Shown here piece after piece: positions 25,563 to 38,722 of a DNA stretch of 64,000 nt (its first letter is position 1; each line of letters begins with the position of its first letter). Both the position numbers and the translations under genes were made by a program. The notes under the pieces are model-generated. The model saw only the letters and a list, made by a program, of their open reading frames with translations, was not told the DNA's origin and made no database searches. The stretch is from Octopus vulgaris (lineage: Eukaryota): contig OX597832.1 in NCBI GenBank assembly GCA_951406725.2, positions 29,698,001 to 29,762,000 on the forward strand. The letters are read 5' to 3'.

Positions 25563-28254
25563 TAATAATAACAATAATAATAATAATAACAATAATAATA
25601 ATAATAATGATAAATAATAATAATAATGATGATGATGATGATGATAATAATAATTAATAGTAATAATAATTATGATGATGATGATGATAATAATAATTAA
25701 TAGTAATAATAATAATGATGATGATGATGATAATAATAATTAATAGTAATAATAATTATGATGATGATGATGATAATAATAATAAATAAACCTTTCTACA
25801 ACTGGCACAAGGCCTGAAATTTCGAGGAGGTGCTAGTTGATTACACTGACCCCAGTGCATAACTGGTACTTACTTCACTGATCCCCAAAAGGATGAAAGA
25901 CAAAGTCAACCTTAGCAGGATTTGAACTTAGAACATGAAGAGGATAAACAGATGCTGCTAAGCATTTTGTCCAACATGTTAATAATTCTGCCAGCTTGTC
26001 GCTTTAATGATGATGATGATGATGATGACGACCAAAATGTTAGCAAAAAAAACAAATAATATCTAAAAGGAAACTTACTGTCCGTTCGTCCATCACTGAA
26101 TGCTGGCCTCTCCCGGGCTTTCTGTGAATAAATTAATATTTGGATAATGACAGGAAATCAAAGAAGAATTTACTTTCTAAATGTTCTGCTTGCAGCTGTT
26201 TCTCTGGACGGGTTTAATGGAGCGACAAATTCAAATATTTACACAGGGATGGGCACAGCTGGATTACTTTCCTAATGGAGACCATTACAGCTGACATGGG
26301 AATGATCCTTGTACAAATAAACAGAGACCACGGCAAATAGTTCACATAATTAAAGACACAAATAGCATTGCTGGTGCTTGGCTGTGGCAAGACCTACAGA
26401 CTATTTCTGGACAGGAGGTAAGAAAACAAAGTTACCAATATGTTGTGCCACACCAATAAGTTCAAATCAGTGCAGATACAGCCAACAGCCTCACATACTC
26501 TTTTACTCTTTTACTTGTTTCAGTCGTTTGACTGCGGCCATGCTGGAGCACCACCTTTAGTCGAGCAAATACCTTTAGTCGAGCAATTCGACCCCAGGAC
26601 TTATTCTTTGTAAGCCCAGAACTTATTCTATCGGTCTCTTTTGCTGAACCGCTAAGTGACGGGGACGTAAACACACCAGCATTGGTTGTCAAGCAATGCT
26701 AGGGGGACAAACACAGACACACAAATACATACACACACATATATATATATATACATATATACGACAGGCTTCTTTCAGTTTCCGTCTACCAAATCCACTC
26801 ACAAGGCATTGGTCGGCCCGGGGCTATAGCAGAAGACACTTGCCCAAGATGCCACGCAGTGGGACTGAACCCGGAACCATGTGGTTGGTTAGCAAGCTAC
26901 TTACCACACAGCCACTCCTGCGCCTATGTTCCTTTATACCATAAATGTAGCTTTGATAACTGGATCTACAGTTTTATTTCAGTGTGATGGAGAGAATCTA
27001 TGTGACTCTGTTTAGGGGTTTCAAGATATGATTCTGTTACGAATCCTCGCTGCCCTTCCCCCACTATTTATGTTTCACTTTTCCATGCAGCATGGGTCAG
27101 ACAGAATTTGGTGAGGCAAATTTTCTATGGCTTGGTACCTTCCCTGTCACCAACCTTCACCTGTTTCCAAGAAAGCAAATACTTCTTCACGGCTGAACAT
27201 ATTTCCACAGAAGGCTGGAAAAGAAGGACATCACTGAGACGACAGTGAAGTTTGCTTTACAACTATTATTGTATGCTGCACATCGCATAAATATGATGGG
27301 TTTCTTTGAGATTCCATCTACGAAATCCACTCACAAAGATCTGATTGGCCCAGGATGATAGCAGAAGACACTTGCCCAAGGTGCTGTACAGTGGGACTGA
27401 AACCAAAACCATGTGACTGGGAAGCAAACTTCTTGGCCACGCAGCCACACACACACAAAAATAGTAAAATAAAATTTAAAAAAAGTATAATGAAAGTCAT
27501 CTGGAAACAATGTTATTCAGTTTCATATTTTGTTATTAACTTACAACAATATTTCAAATACAAACAATAGTTTAATGAAGAGGTCAACCTGGGATGACCA
27601 GAGTCGACTTGACTCAAGCCTAGTCAACCCAGGTTCATAAGGAAACGATTCAAACAGCCATGCAAAAACAAGATCAAAGATGATTACAAGTGCAATATTT
27701 TTTCTCAAATATAAAGATCGTATTTTTTAAATGTTCTGAGCTGTTGAAATTTATATTCGTTTGATGATTTATTGTAAATTCTTAAATTATTTACTAACTG
27801 AAATGAAATTAAGGGAATAGAAACTTCAGTGTATAAATATCTGTGTGTGAGTGTGTGTGTGTGTGTCCATGTGTGTGTGTGTGTGTGTGTGTGTGCATGA
27901 GGATCTGTGTGTGTGCGCAGATGTGTGTGAGAATGCATGTGTGAGGATCTGCATGTGTGCATGAAGATGTGTGTGGGCAGGTGTGTGTGCGGGCAGGTGT
28001 GTGTGTGTGTGTGTGTGTGTGTGGACATGCACGTGTGTGGACGTGTGCATGTGTGGACGTGTGGACATGTGTGTGTGTGGACGTGTGCATGTGTGGACGT
28101 GTGCGTGTGGATGTGTCTTTCATACATTCAATTCAGGTTTAACTTGCTAGAGAAGGAGAACAAGAAATCTTGTGTCTTAATGAAAGAAGAAGTGTCTGTT
28201 CAAACTGGAAAAGATATACACACACCCACACACACAAAATACCAAAATAGCTCA

Positions 28255-28294
<40 letters not shown>

Positions 28295-30600
28295 TGAAAG
28301 AAGCAGTTGGCAGGGCTTTAAACTTCACAGAACAAAACAAACGAGAGATAAGAAGCTGCTGTGTAGACTTCTTCACCACCACCACCTCACCACACACGGT
28401 ACCATAGTAAAAGAAAAAAGAAAAATGAAGACCACCACCACCACTTACCTCTCTCATCCTTTCATGGCGCCGTATTCGAATCCTCTGCTTGAGGTGTTGT
28501 ATTTCTTCGTCAGAATCACCTTCCTCGTTATCCGAGATACGGCGTGGAGATATCACATGCTTCCATTTCATTTGTTCAATGGCAGAAATCAAGATTTCAG
28601 AAATGCTAAAATGAGCATTTTCCTGCAAAACAAGAGAATGACCTTTCAGGTTCCCAGCCGTCACAACAGAACTGTAAGGAATTCAATAATAATAATAATA
28701 ATAATCCTTTCTTCTATAGACACAAGGCCCTGAATTTTAGAAGGGCAAGTGGATTACATCAACCCCAGTACTTAACTGGTACGTATTTTATTGGCCCCAA
28801 AAGGATGAAAGGAAGACTTGATCTTAGTGGAATTTCAACTCAGACTGTCAAGATGGATGAAATACTATTAAGCATTTCGCCCCGCGTGCTAATGATTCTG
28901 CCAGCTCACTGCCTTAAGAATAATAATAATGGGAACCCGTGGAAGAGGTAGACCCAGGAAAACCTGGGACGAGGTGGTGAAGCACGACCTTCGAACTTTA
29001 GGCCTCACTGAGGAAATGACCAGCGACCGAGACCTTTGGAAATATTCTGTACGTGAGAAGACCAGGCAGGACAAGTGAGCCCAGCCCACTTATGAATGCC
29101 TTTCCTCCCTTGGACACAAAGACCGGTTGAGGCAAGCGAAGTCGATATAGAACCTCATCCGACGACAGACACCCATGCCAACCCCCCATGCTTGCGAAGA
29201 CATGTTGGGCAGCGAAATCGAAATCGAAACCGAATTGAACCAGCCAGGATCCCTGGCCTGGTGGTACGTAAAAAGCACTATCCGACTCGTGGCCGTGGCA
29301 CGTAAAATACTCCAATGCGACCGTACGACAGGCACCCATGCCAACCCCTTTGCTTGTGAAGACATGTTGGGGCAAGCGAAATCGAAATCGAATTGAACCA
29401 GCCAGGATCCCTGGTCTGGTGGTACGTAAAAAGCACTATCCGACTCGTGGCCGATGCCAGCACCGCCTCGACTGGCTTCCGTGCCGGTGGCACATAAAAT
29501 ACACCAATCTGACCGTGGCCGTTGCCAGCCCCGCCTGGCACCTGTGCAGGTGGCACGTAAAAAGCACCCACTACACTCACGGAGTGGTTGGCGTTAGGAA
29601 GGGCATCCAGCTGTAGAAACATTGCCAGATTAGACTGGAGCCTGGTGCAGCCTTCTGGCTTCCCAGAACCCTGGTCGAACCGTCCAACCCATGCTAGCAT
29701 GGAGAACGGACGTTAAACGATGATGATGAATAACAATAATAACAAGTAACAGAAAGTACTAAGAGGAATATAAAGGAAATGGAAAAAGAGTGTCCAGTTG
29801 AGAAGATAATAATAATAATAATAAAGGTTTCAAATTTTGGCACAAGGCCAGCAATTTTGGAGGAAGGGACTAAGTTGATTAAATCAGCCCTAGTGCTCAA
29901 CTGGTACCTATTTTATTGACTGTCAAAGGATGAAAGGCAAAGTAGACCTCGGCAGAATATGATACCCACAAAAAAGATTTTTAAAAAAAAAGAAACAAAA
30001 AGCCTTGACCTCTACAAGATTCCAATTAAGAATGTGAAGGGACATAATTACTACTAACATATCAGAGGTGAGATTCACTCCACACTGGGTATTTCACATT
30101 CCTATTATATTTTAAGCTATTTGATCTTCTTGACCTGAATTGACACATTTTTGTCTTTTGGCGCCATTCGAGCATGATCGTTACCTGCGTCACCTTACTG
30201 GCACTTGTGCTGGTGGCACATGAAAAAACATTTGAGCAAGGTCATTGCCAGTGCCGCTGGACTGGCTCCTGTGCAGGTGGCACAGAAAAAGCACCATTTG
30301 AGCGTGGCCGTTGCCAGTATCGCCTGACTGGCCCTCGTGCCAGTGGCACATAAAAGCACCCACTACACTCTCGGAGTGGTTGGCATTAGGAAGGGCATCC
30401 AGCTGTAGAAACTTTGCCAGATCAAGATTGGAACCTACTGCAGCCATCTGGTTCATCCAACCCATGCTAGCATAGAAAGCAGACGTTACACGATGATGAT
30501 AATGAATACAACTGATTAAACATATATCTAAGGCAGGGTTTCACTACACTTTGTGCAGAGACTCCCTAGGATAATTTATTATGTTAATATATGTATAGGA

Positions 30601-30631
<31 letters not shown>

Positions 30632-30911
30632 GGGGGAGAGAGAGAGAGAGAGAGAGGGGGGAGAGAAAGAAATAGAGAGAGAGAGAGAGAATGAGGGAGG
30701 GAGACATTAGTTTGATTGAATACTTGGCAGGTTGAGTTAATTCAGAGAAATTCTCAAAAAAGATGTGGTGAGTTGCACTCAAAGGGCAAATGTGAAAGGA
30801 CTAAGTTGTACTCAAAGGCCTGAGTGGAGAAGTCCTTTAAGTGACCGTGGAAAAAAAACTATTAAATGGAAACAACATCCTTGGGAATTGAGTTTAAAAA
30901 TGGAAACAATG

Positions 30912-30946
<35 letters not shown>

Positions 30947-33900
30947 AGAGAGGTTGCTGAGTGAGGAGAGAGTTAGTGAGCGAGAGAGAGGAAGGAAGAG
31001 GAGTTAATGAGAGAAAAAGAGAGAGAAGCAAATGTGTGTATGTGAAGAAAGAAGGGAGTATGTCAGTGTGTGAGAGTGAGATGGAGGGAATGAATATAAA
31101 GGGGAGAGAGAGAGAGAGTGTGTGAGATGGAGTAACGTACCCTGTCTAAGTTGGCACAGGTGTTGAAGTCTTGAGAAGTGAGAAAACTGATGAGAGACTG
31201 ACCAGGCACAGGGTGGACCAAGTTACCATCTGGACAACAGATGGACTGTTGACTGTTGAAAGTGGCTGGAATGGAAGAGAGAGAGTCTTTGAAATAGCAA
31301 CAACAAACATCGTCAATGGTAAACTGGGCAATGAAAGAGAACGACCATCTTTTGGAGTCTACAACAGAAGAATCTAAGAGACTAATTCTTGCAAATATTC
31401 ACAAAAAAAAAGAAAAAGAAAAACAGAAAAACAGAATTTTGTATTTTATAGAATTTTTATAACAATTTCATTGCATTATTCCTGGACATGCTCTCAGAGT
31501 TTGTTCCTGCTTTTTACCGCATCTCCTTTCTCTATGATACACACAGACACTGATTTTACATCTGTTTTCCCATGCTAGCATGGGTTGGAGGAATATATTA
31601 TTGAATCATTATTTTACAACTAGATGCCCTTCCTCTCACCTTAATCTTACTTGATTTCTTGAGTAGTTCCTTGGATTGGATTGGATTGGCTATGTCCATT
31701 CCACTGCAGGACGAAGGCTTCAGCATGTTCTCCCCACCTATCACGGTCTGTTTGATGTGGAGGCCATGAATTTGAGCTTGAGATCTTACTGGGTTTGATG
31801 AGTCTATTCTCTCACAATGGCTCAACAGTGTGACAGAAGGGTACAGTGATTTTTTTTATTTTTAATACTCTTACCCAGCAGTTAAGTCGATTATCTTGAC
31901 CCCAGTATTCAACTGGTACTTATTTTATCAAACCCGAAAGAATGAAAGGCTAAGTTGACCTTGGTGGTATTTGAAATCAGAATGTAGCAAAAGGTAACGT
32001 CCTGCAAAGCCTTTCACCCAACATGGTAACAATTCTTATTTCTTTATTGCCCACAAGGGGCTAAACACAAAGGGGACAAACAAGGACAGACAAAGGGATT
32101 AAGTCGATTACATTGACCTCATTGCATAACTGGTACTTATTTAATCGACCCTGAAAGGATGAAAGGCAAAGTCGACCTCGGCGGAATTTGAACTCAGAAC
32201 ATAGCGGCGGATGAAATACCGGTAAGCATTTGCCAGTTCAACACCTAAAGGGATTTCTTACACAACTTCAAAGGCTCAAAGAATGGCATTAACAAGAAAG
32301 AACACCACCACCACCACCACCATTGGTAGCTTCCAGTTTTCAGAGAAGCCAAAATATAAACAAACATAGACACAAGTACATGTATTTATGTAGACACATA
32401 ACTTGCACAGGTACCAGTGTCTACCTGAGAGAAGTTGAAGCAGCCCCAAAGTGTAAAACTGACTACAGGTACCAAAGACATCAGACACAGAGATTGCCAA
32501 CAACAGCAGGTGTGTGTGTGTGTGAAAGAGTGGGGAGATGAATATTGAGATGTCAACGGTCAATCAAAATAAGTCATGCATGAACTTTATTAGTGATGAA
32601 ATATCATTCTTTATAAATCACACACACACATGCATGCACACACACACACACACACACATACACTCACACAGAACGTCTAGTGTTTTTCTGACTCATCATT
32701 CTCATCAATAGAACATTATCAATAATTTGAAACTGAAAGATCTAAACCTTAGACAAGTCACTCTACTCCATATGACCACAGCAAAACATCAACACTTGCA
32801 GACAAGACACAATACTCTTTTTTAAATTAGTGATATCAGGATTTCCTTACCAGATTTCTTCAGCAATCTCGTGTCACAAGTAACAGAATGGACACTGGGT
32901 CTCTTGCTGAAAGCGCTCTCCTTCTGCATCTCACTGAGTTCTTTCCTAATAAACGGTACATCTGACTGGCATCGTTTATGACTGATCTTATGTGGAGGGT
33001 TTTTTCTGTTGGTGCTGTTTCCAGGGTATTCAGACAGGGGATTAGTTGAAGGGACAACTTGCGACATCCCCGGTTGAGTCTCAAGTTTATTATTTACAGT
33101 TTGGTGAGCAATCTCTGTCTTTCTTGCGGATTCAACAGGGTGTGTGTTTTGGTCACAAGAGCGTTCATCTAGGGACACAGACTTGAATAAACCTTTATTT
33201 TTGTCAGCAGTCAGTGCAGCAGGGTCAAAACTGTCTTTTGAGGGTCCATCACAGATGTCTTTAGTTGGCAGATTCAACTGAACGTTACTGTCTCCTTTTC
33301 TGCTGGCGCCAGCAAATTCAAAGTTCAACAGAGGATCAGAGTTGATGCTGTCATAGAAACTAAAACTCTGTGGCGGTGATTCCGAAGGCGAGACGGTCCC
33401 AGACCGGTCCAGGACATACCGCATGGTGTCTTTGGCTTTGTCTTTGATTCCTTCGTTGCTAGCTGAAAACAATCAAATGGGTAAAAAAATTTGGTAAGAA
33501 ACTTACAACGGTTGAAGGTTAAAAAGGTTTACATGTCAAAAGATGAGGAATAAAAGGTTTTCTATTTTAACTTGTGTTGAGTTAAAGCAGTTGTTTTTAC
33601 AGAGATGTACAGTGATGCCAGTGCTGCTTTGACTGGCTACTGTGCCAGTGGCACGTGAAAAGCACCAACTGATCATGACTGCTGCCAGCCTCCCCTGGCA
33701 CCTGTGCCGGTGGTACGTAAAAAACAACCACTACACTCATGGAGTGGTTGGCATTAGGAGGGCATCCAGCTGTAGAAACACTGTCAGATCAGACTGGAGC
33801 CTGGTGCAGACCCCTGGCTTCCCAGACCCCAGTCAAACTGTCCAACCCATGCTGGCATGGAAAACGGACATTAAACGATGATGATGATGATGATGTACCT

Positions 33901-35382
33901 TTTGTCAAGGATAATCACAGAGGTGTGTCTTGCCCAGGATTACAATGAAAGCTTTTGCAGAATTAGAAGTCATCAACACATTAATTGAAACTTCTATTCT
34001 AAACTTTCATCACCATGGTTATGTTTTTAATGAGTTAACTGTTTGTGTTTTAATTAATTCTCAACAGCAACAAAATTAAGCAGCAGTTTATAATAATATA
34101 GATCATAATATATTATAGTAATAGAATAACATTATTTATTGATCTACATTGTAATATAACTTTAGAAATAAGGGCAAAAGAAAAAAATTCCTATGCCAAA
34201 TATGCTGAGAATAGACTTTAAATCGTTAATAACCACATATAATTCCTTCACTATAAGCAGGCGTCTCGAAGCAAGCTGACAGAAATTTCTAAAAAATTCT
34301 GTTATTACTGAATTGGTCCAATTTCTGAGTTAATTCATAAAGAATTTTCTCATCATCAGCGGTAAAGCTGTTTATAATTTTCACCTTAAAAGGTATTTTT
34401 TAATCTGCTGGCCACTGATAAAATTTTTTGAAAATGTTATCCTGTATTAGATGTACATTGCAATACATATAGTAATATAATAGCATTATGGATTGGTCAA
34501 TAGTGTTAAACTTTATACTAATACATAATTCTGTTGAAAAACGGGAATCTCAGGATATCATTCACGTGATGAGATTTTCATTTCATCAAGATTTTAATTC
34601 AAATATAAACACTTTCAGAAACAGGACATCAGATTGGTTGGAATTGGTTAAAATTTTTAGGAAATAATTTATGAAGAGATTAAAGAATTATCAAATTGAA
34701 ATAAAATTCAATTTTAGAAGGAAGGAATCAGCATAAAAATATAATTCCCTCCTTCTGTTACATCTACTGTGTGCTGTATTAGTATTTGGGGTTTGATGGA
34801 GCTACAAATTCAAGTATTTCAATGTATTATTTTGATTCAATACTTACGTATGGGTATGGCTTGCTCATGTGAAACACTCAGCATTGCTCGAGCCCTTTTT
34901 GGGGAGGCATAAGGTGGGGACTTTTCAACTTTTGTTCTCTCCATAGTTGAAAACTGGTTCCCTAGGACGGGATAGCTAGTACAGATCCTGTGCTCAGGGG
35001 CTTTACTTCTCAGTGTCAGCTGAAGAATTGAAACCAAAAACCAAAAGGATGGTAAATAAAAGTTTAATAAGTGAATCACAAATTTAGGATTTTAAAAAAT
35101 TATCCAAACCAAAGAATTGTTACATATCAGAAAAGAAAAATGAGAAAATAAATTTTTTTTTTTTTTTACTAGCTTCAGTCATTTGACTGCAGCCATGCTG
35201 GAGCACTGCCATTAAGAGCCTTTCAGTCAAAGAAATCGACCCCAGCATTTATTCTTTGTAAGCCTAGTACTTATTCTGTCTGTCTTTTTTGCCGAACCGC
35301 TAAGTTACGGGGACGTAAACACACCAGCATCGGTTGTCAAGCGATGTTGGGGGGACAAACACAGACACACAAACACACACAC

Positions 35383-35441
<59 letters not shown>

Positions 35442-38400
35442 CAACGGGCTTTTTTCAGTCTCCATCTACCGAATCCACTCACAAGGCTTTGGTTGGCCCG
35501 AGGCTATAGTAGAAGACACTTGCCCAAGGTGCCACGCAGTGGGACTGAACTCAGAACCATGTAGTTCGTAAGCAAGCTACTTACCCCACAGCCACAATCA
35601 TTTTTATTGCACAACATGAGATATGACCAGGCTACAATAAGCTACAACACACAACAATGCCAGCTACAATATGCGGACTGTTTGTCAATGTATTTGTAAA
35701 ATCTATTTAATTTATTTTACCCAGAAGCAAATTCATCTGCTAAAATAATACGAGGGCATTCCTTATTCACCCACTAACCGAATTAATAGTTTGTAATACC
35801 TATTTTTAGCAATAAACTATTACAATAAACGATGGGCGTAAAGACAGAACTGAACAGGAAATGGGATAGGACATGGAACCGAGTAATGGTAAACGGAAAC
35901 TGGGAATAACCCACACTTTCCTGGTATTACTGGTCAATTCGTCTATTTTACTCTGATGCATATTTGTTTGTTAAAATAATACAGGAACATCCTTCATTCA
36001 CCTACTAATCATATTAATAGTTTGTAATACCTATTTTTAGCACTAAACCTTTACCATAGATGGTTAGTAAAATAGTACGTTTGTATATGGCTGACGGTTA
36101 GTAAGGAGAGACACAAATAAGAAAGAAGAAAACAAAGGACCACTGATGCAGTCACAGGAGTGTGACGAAAGAACTCTGGACGAAATATGATTAATGTAAA
36201 ATATAAATAACACTGAAGCAAAGTAACACCAAATATATAGTGCGTGTGTTTTTATTGGCTAAACTGGCAAAATGACCATTCCGAAATATAACAATGTTAG
36301 TAAAATATTTAATGGCTTAATTACGCCTAACTGATTATAAAATTTATATAGTGACTTGGAAAAAGCCATTAAGGAAGATTGAAAAGGACTTACAAGAGCC
36401 GGATCAATGTCTGCCAGAAGTGTCACCTTGTTGTGTTCGATGGCATTCAGACAGATCAGAAGAGCTTGGACGTATTTTGGGTTACAAAGAAAGGCATCAG
36501 CTGGAATGGAATCAAAGACATTACATCAAACAACAATCAATGGAACCAAGATTTAATGACAAAGATTTACGACATGGAGAGTCAAAACCTCATCATCATC
36601 ATCACTGTAGTGTTGACTACACAATTGTGGACAAGGTTTTTCTCCTCATTCAACATACTCCAATAATGAGCTGCAAAAGATGCAATATATGACTAATGTG
36701 CTAGAAATATGAACCAAATCTCCTTTGAATTATATTATTTGTCTTAAGAAAATGAAGGACACATTGGATAATATTGTCACGTTAAAAAAAAAAAAAAGAT
36801 TAAAGACAAGATAGTGATTGCTGGAATATCTTTGAACATATGTCTGCTTGATCAGAAATAACCTAGGGTTAACCCTTTCATTACCGTATTTATTTTGAGA
36901 TGCTCTGTTTTTCTCTCAATTATTTTAAATATAACAAAGAATTTAGTAAAATAACTTAGTTATCATTAAGCTAGTGTCAGGAACATAAATTGTGACTAAG
37001 GTCTGGTGGAAGATTTTAATTCAAAACTTATGGAAACAAGACATTTGTACTATGGAGCCAGAACTGGTTTCAGCCGGGTTGGTGACGAAAGTGTTAAACA
37101 AGAGCAACTAATGACAACAAATCACAACATAGCACATAAACATAGTATATGAATGGAGCAGTGGACATCTGCTCTCTGTCACACACACACACATTTAATA
37201 TATGTTCAATATGTAAATTGGTCTGTCCAACACTGTTACATTGCTAAACATATTTCAATGGGTTGGATGTGGTACTGATGAAAGAGCAATAACTCTCGAA
37301 ACATGTATATACATCCATTACATATTTTTTCTATTGTCAATTGCATTGTTTACATAGATGTATTTGTATACGAAGCATTGTAACTTGCAAGGGTTAAGCT
37401 AAAGAAATGAAAACATCACACTGCTAACACAAAAAGTCACAATATTGACTAGTAAAGTTTTAATATACTTAATAATATATCACAGTCCATAGATAATAAG
37501 CGCCAGATGTTCTCTGTATAGAATACTTAGTAGTGCTCAAGAGATTTAAACTTGAGTGGGTAGAGAAGTAAATGAAAGGAAAACAAGTTAGACAGATCAA
37601 TATATAATAAAGTATATTAAATACACAAAATGCAAAAAATGTATATATGTCTACATCCAAAGTTTACATAGAAAAAGGTCGACATACACAGAACAGTATT
37701 ATAAGCTGTGTCCTTGCTAGAAATATATATATAAAAAGAAAAAGCCATTTAGTGTTCTGATGATAACAGTTAGATAGACAGGGTTTCACTGATGAGGTAC
37801 AATAAAACCAAAACATGACCAGAGTAATCCCTACCCTGACAAGTACCACAACCATGAAATTTATTGCCTGTGAAATTTTATTTTGCTTGAAGAATTCAAT
37901 TCTTTAAAAGGAATAAAATCAAAGACAAACTATCTTTATTAACATTTTACCAACGTAAATTACTTCCCCCACACCTATCAACCACCCCTATTTAATATTT
38001 TTAATTAAATTCTGGGGTTGTCTGCTTGTCTTTCTTCGCCATAATTAATCACTAAGATAATTATTATTTTCTGCTCAGTACAGGTATAAATTTAATTAAA
38101 ATTAATTAATTAAAGTCTCTCTTGGCTTAATTGAGGCTGATCTATCTATGGTCATGTCTACTGACCTTTTTCGACTATTAGTACTACAAACTTCAATAGA
38201 TGCTCCATAGCTCCACTAACCACTGTAATTACTGGTATTGTATCTCAGCTAACATTATTGGTGGTCACAATAAAAGCTGACACTTTTTATTGTCTCAGAA
38301 CAGTGGATTGATAAATATTCGATATAAGTTGTTGTTGTTGTAGACGTTATTGGATGTGTAAGAACGTCAACACCAACAGCTGTCACATTGTCACTCAACC

Positions 38401-38690
38401 ATGGAATTTAGTTAATATGTGGACATTGCTTAGGTCAGTGTGTGCGTGTGAGTGCATTGTCAATGTGTGTGAGTGTGTGTGTGTGTGTATGTCAGTGCAC
38501 TGTCAATGTATGTGAGTGCGTGTGTATGTCAGTGCATTGTCAATGTGTGTGTGTGTGTGTGTGTGTCAGTGCATTGTCAATGTGTGTGTGTTTTTGTGTG
38601 TGTGTGTGTGTCAGTGCATTGTCAATGTGGGTGTGTGTGTGTATGTCAGTGCATTGTCAATGTATGTGTGTGTGTGTGTGTCAGTGCATT

Positions 38691-38722
<32 letters not shown>

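Noticed and set aside
35727-36063. ~100-bp diverged direct repeats resembling LTRs
   Set aside because: No TG..CA termini, TSD, primer-binding site or internal coding sequence; more likely an old local duplication.
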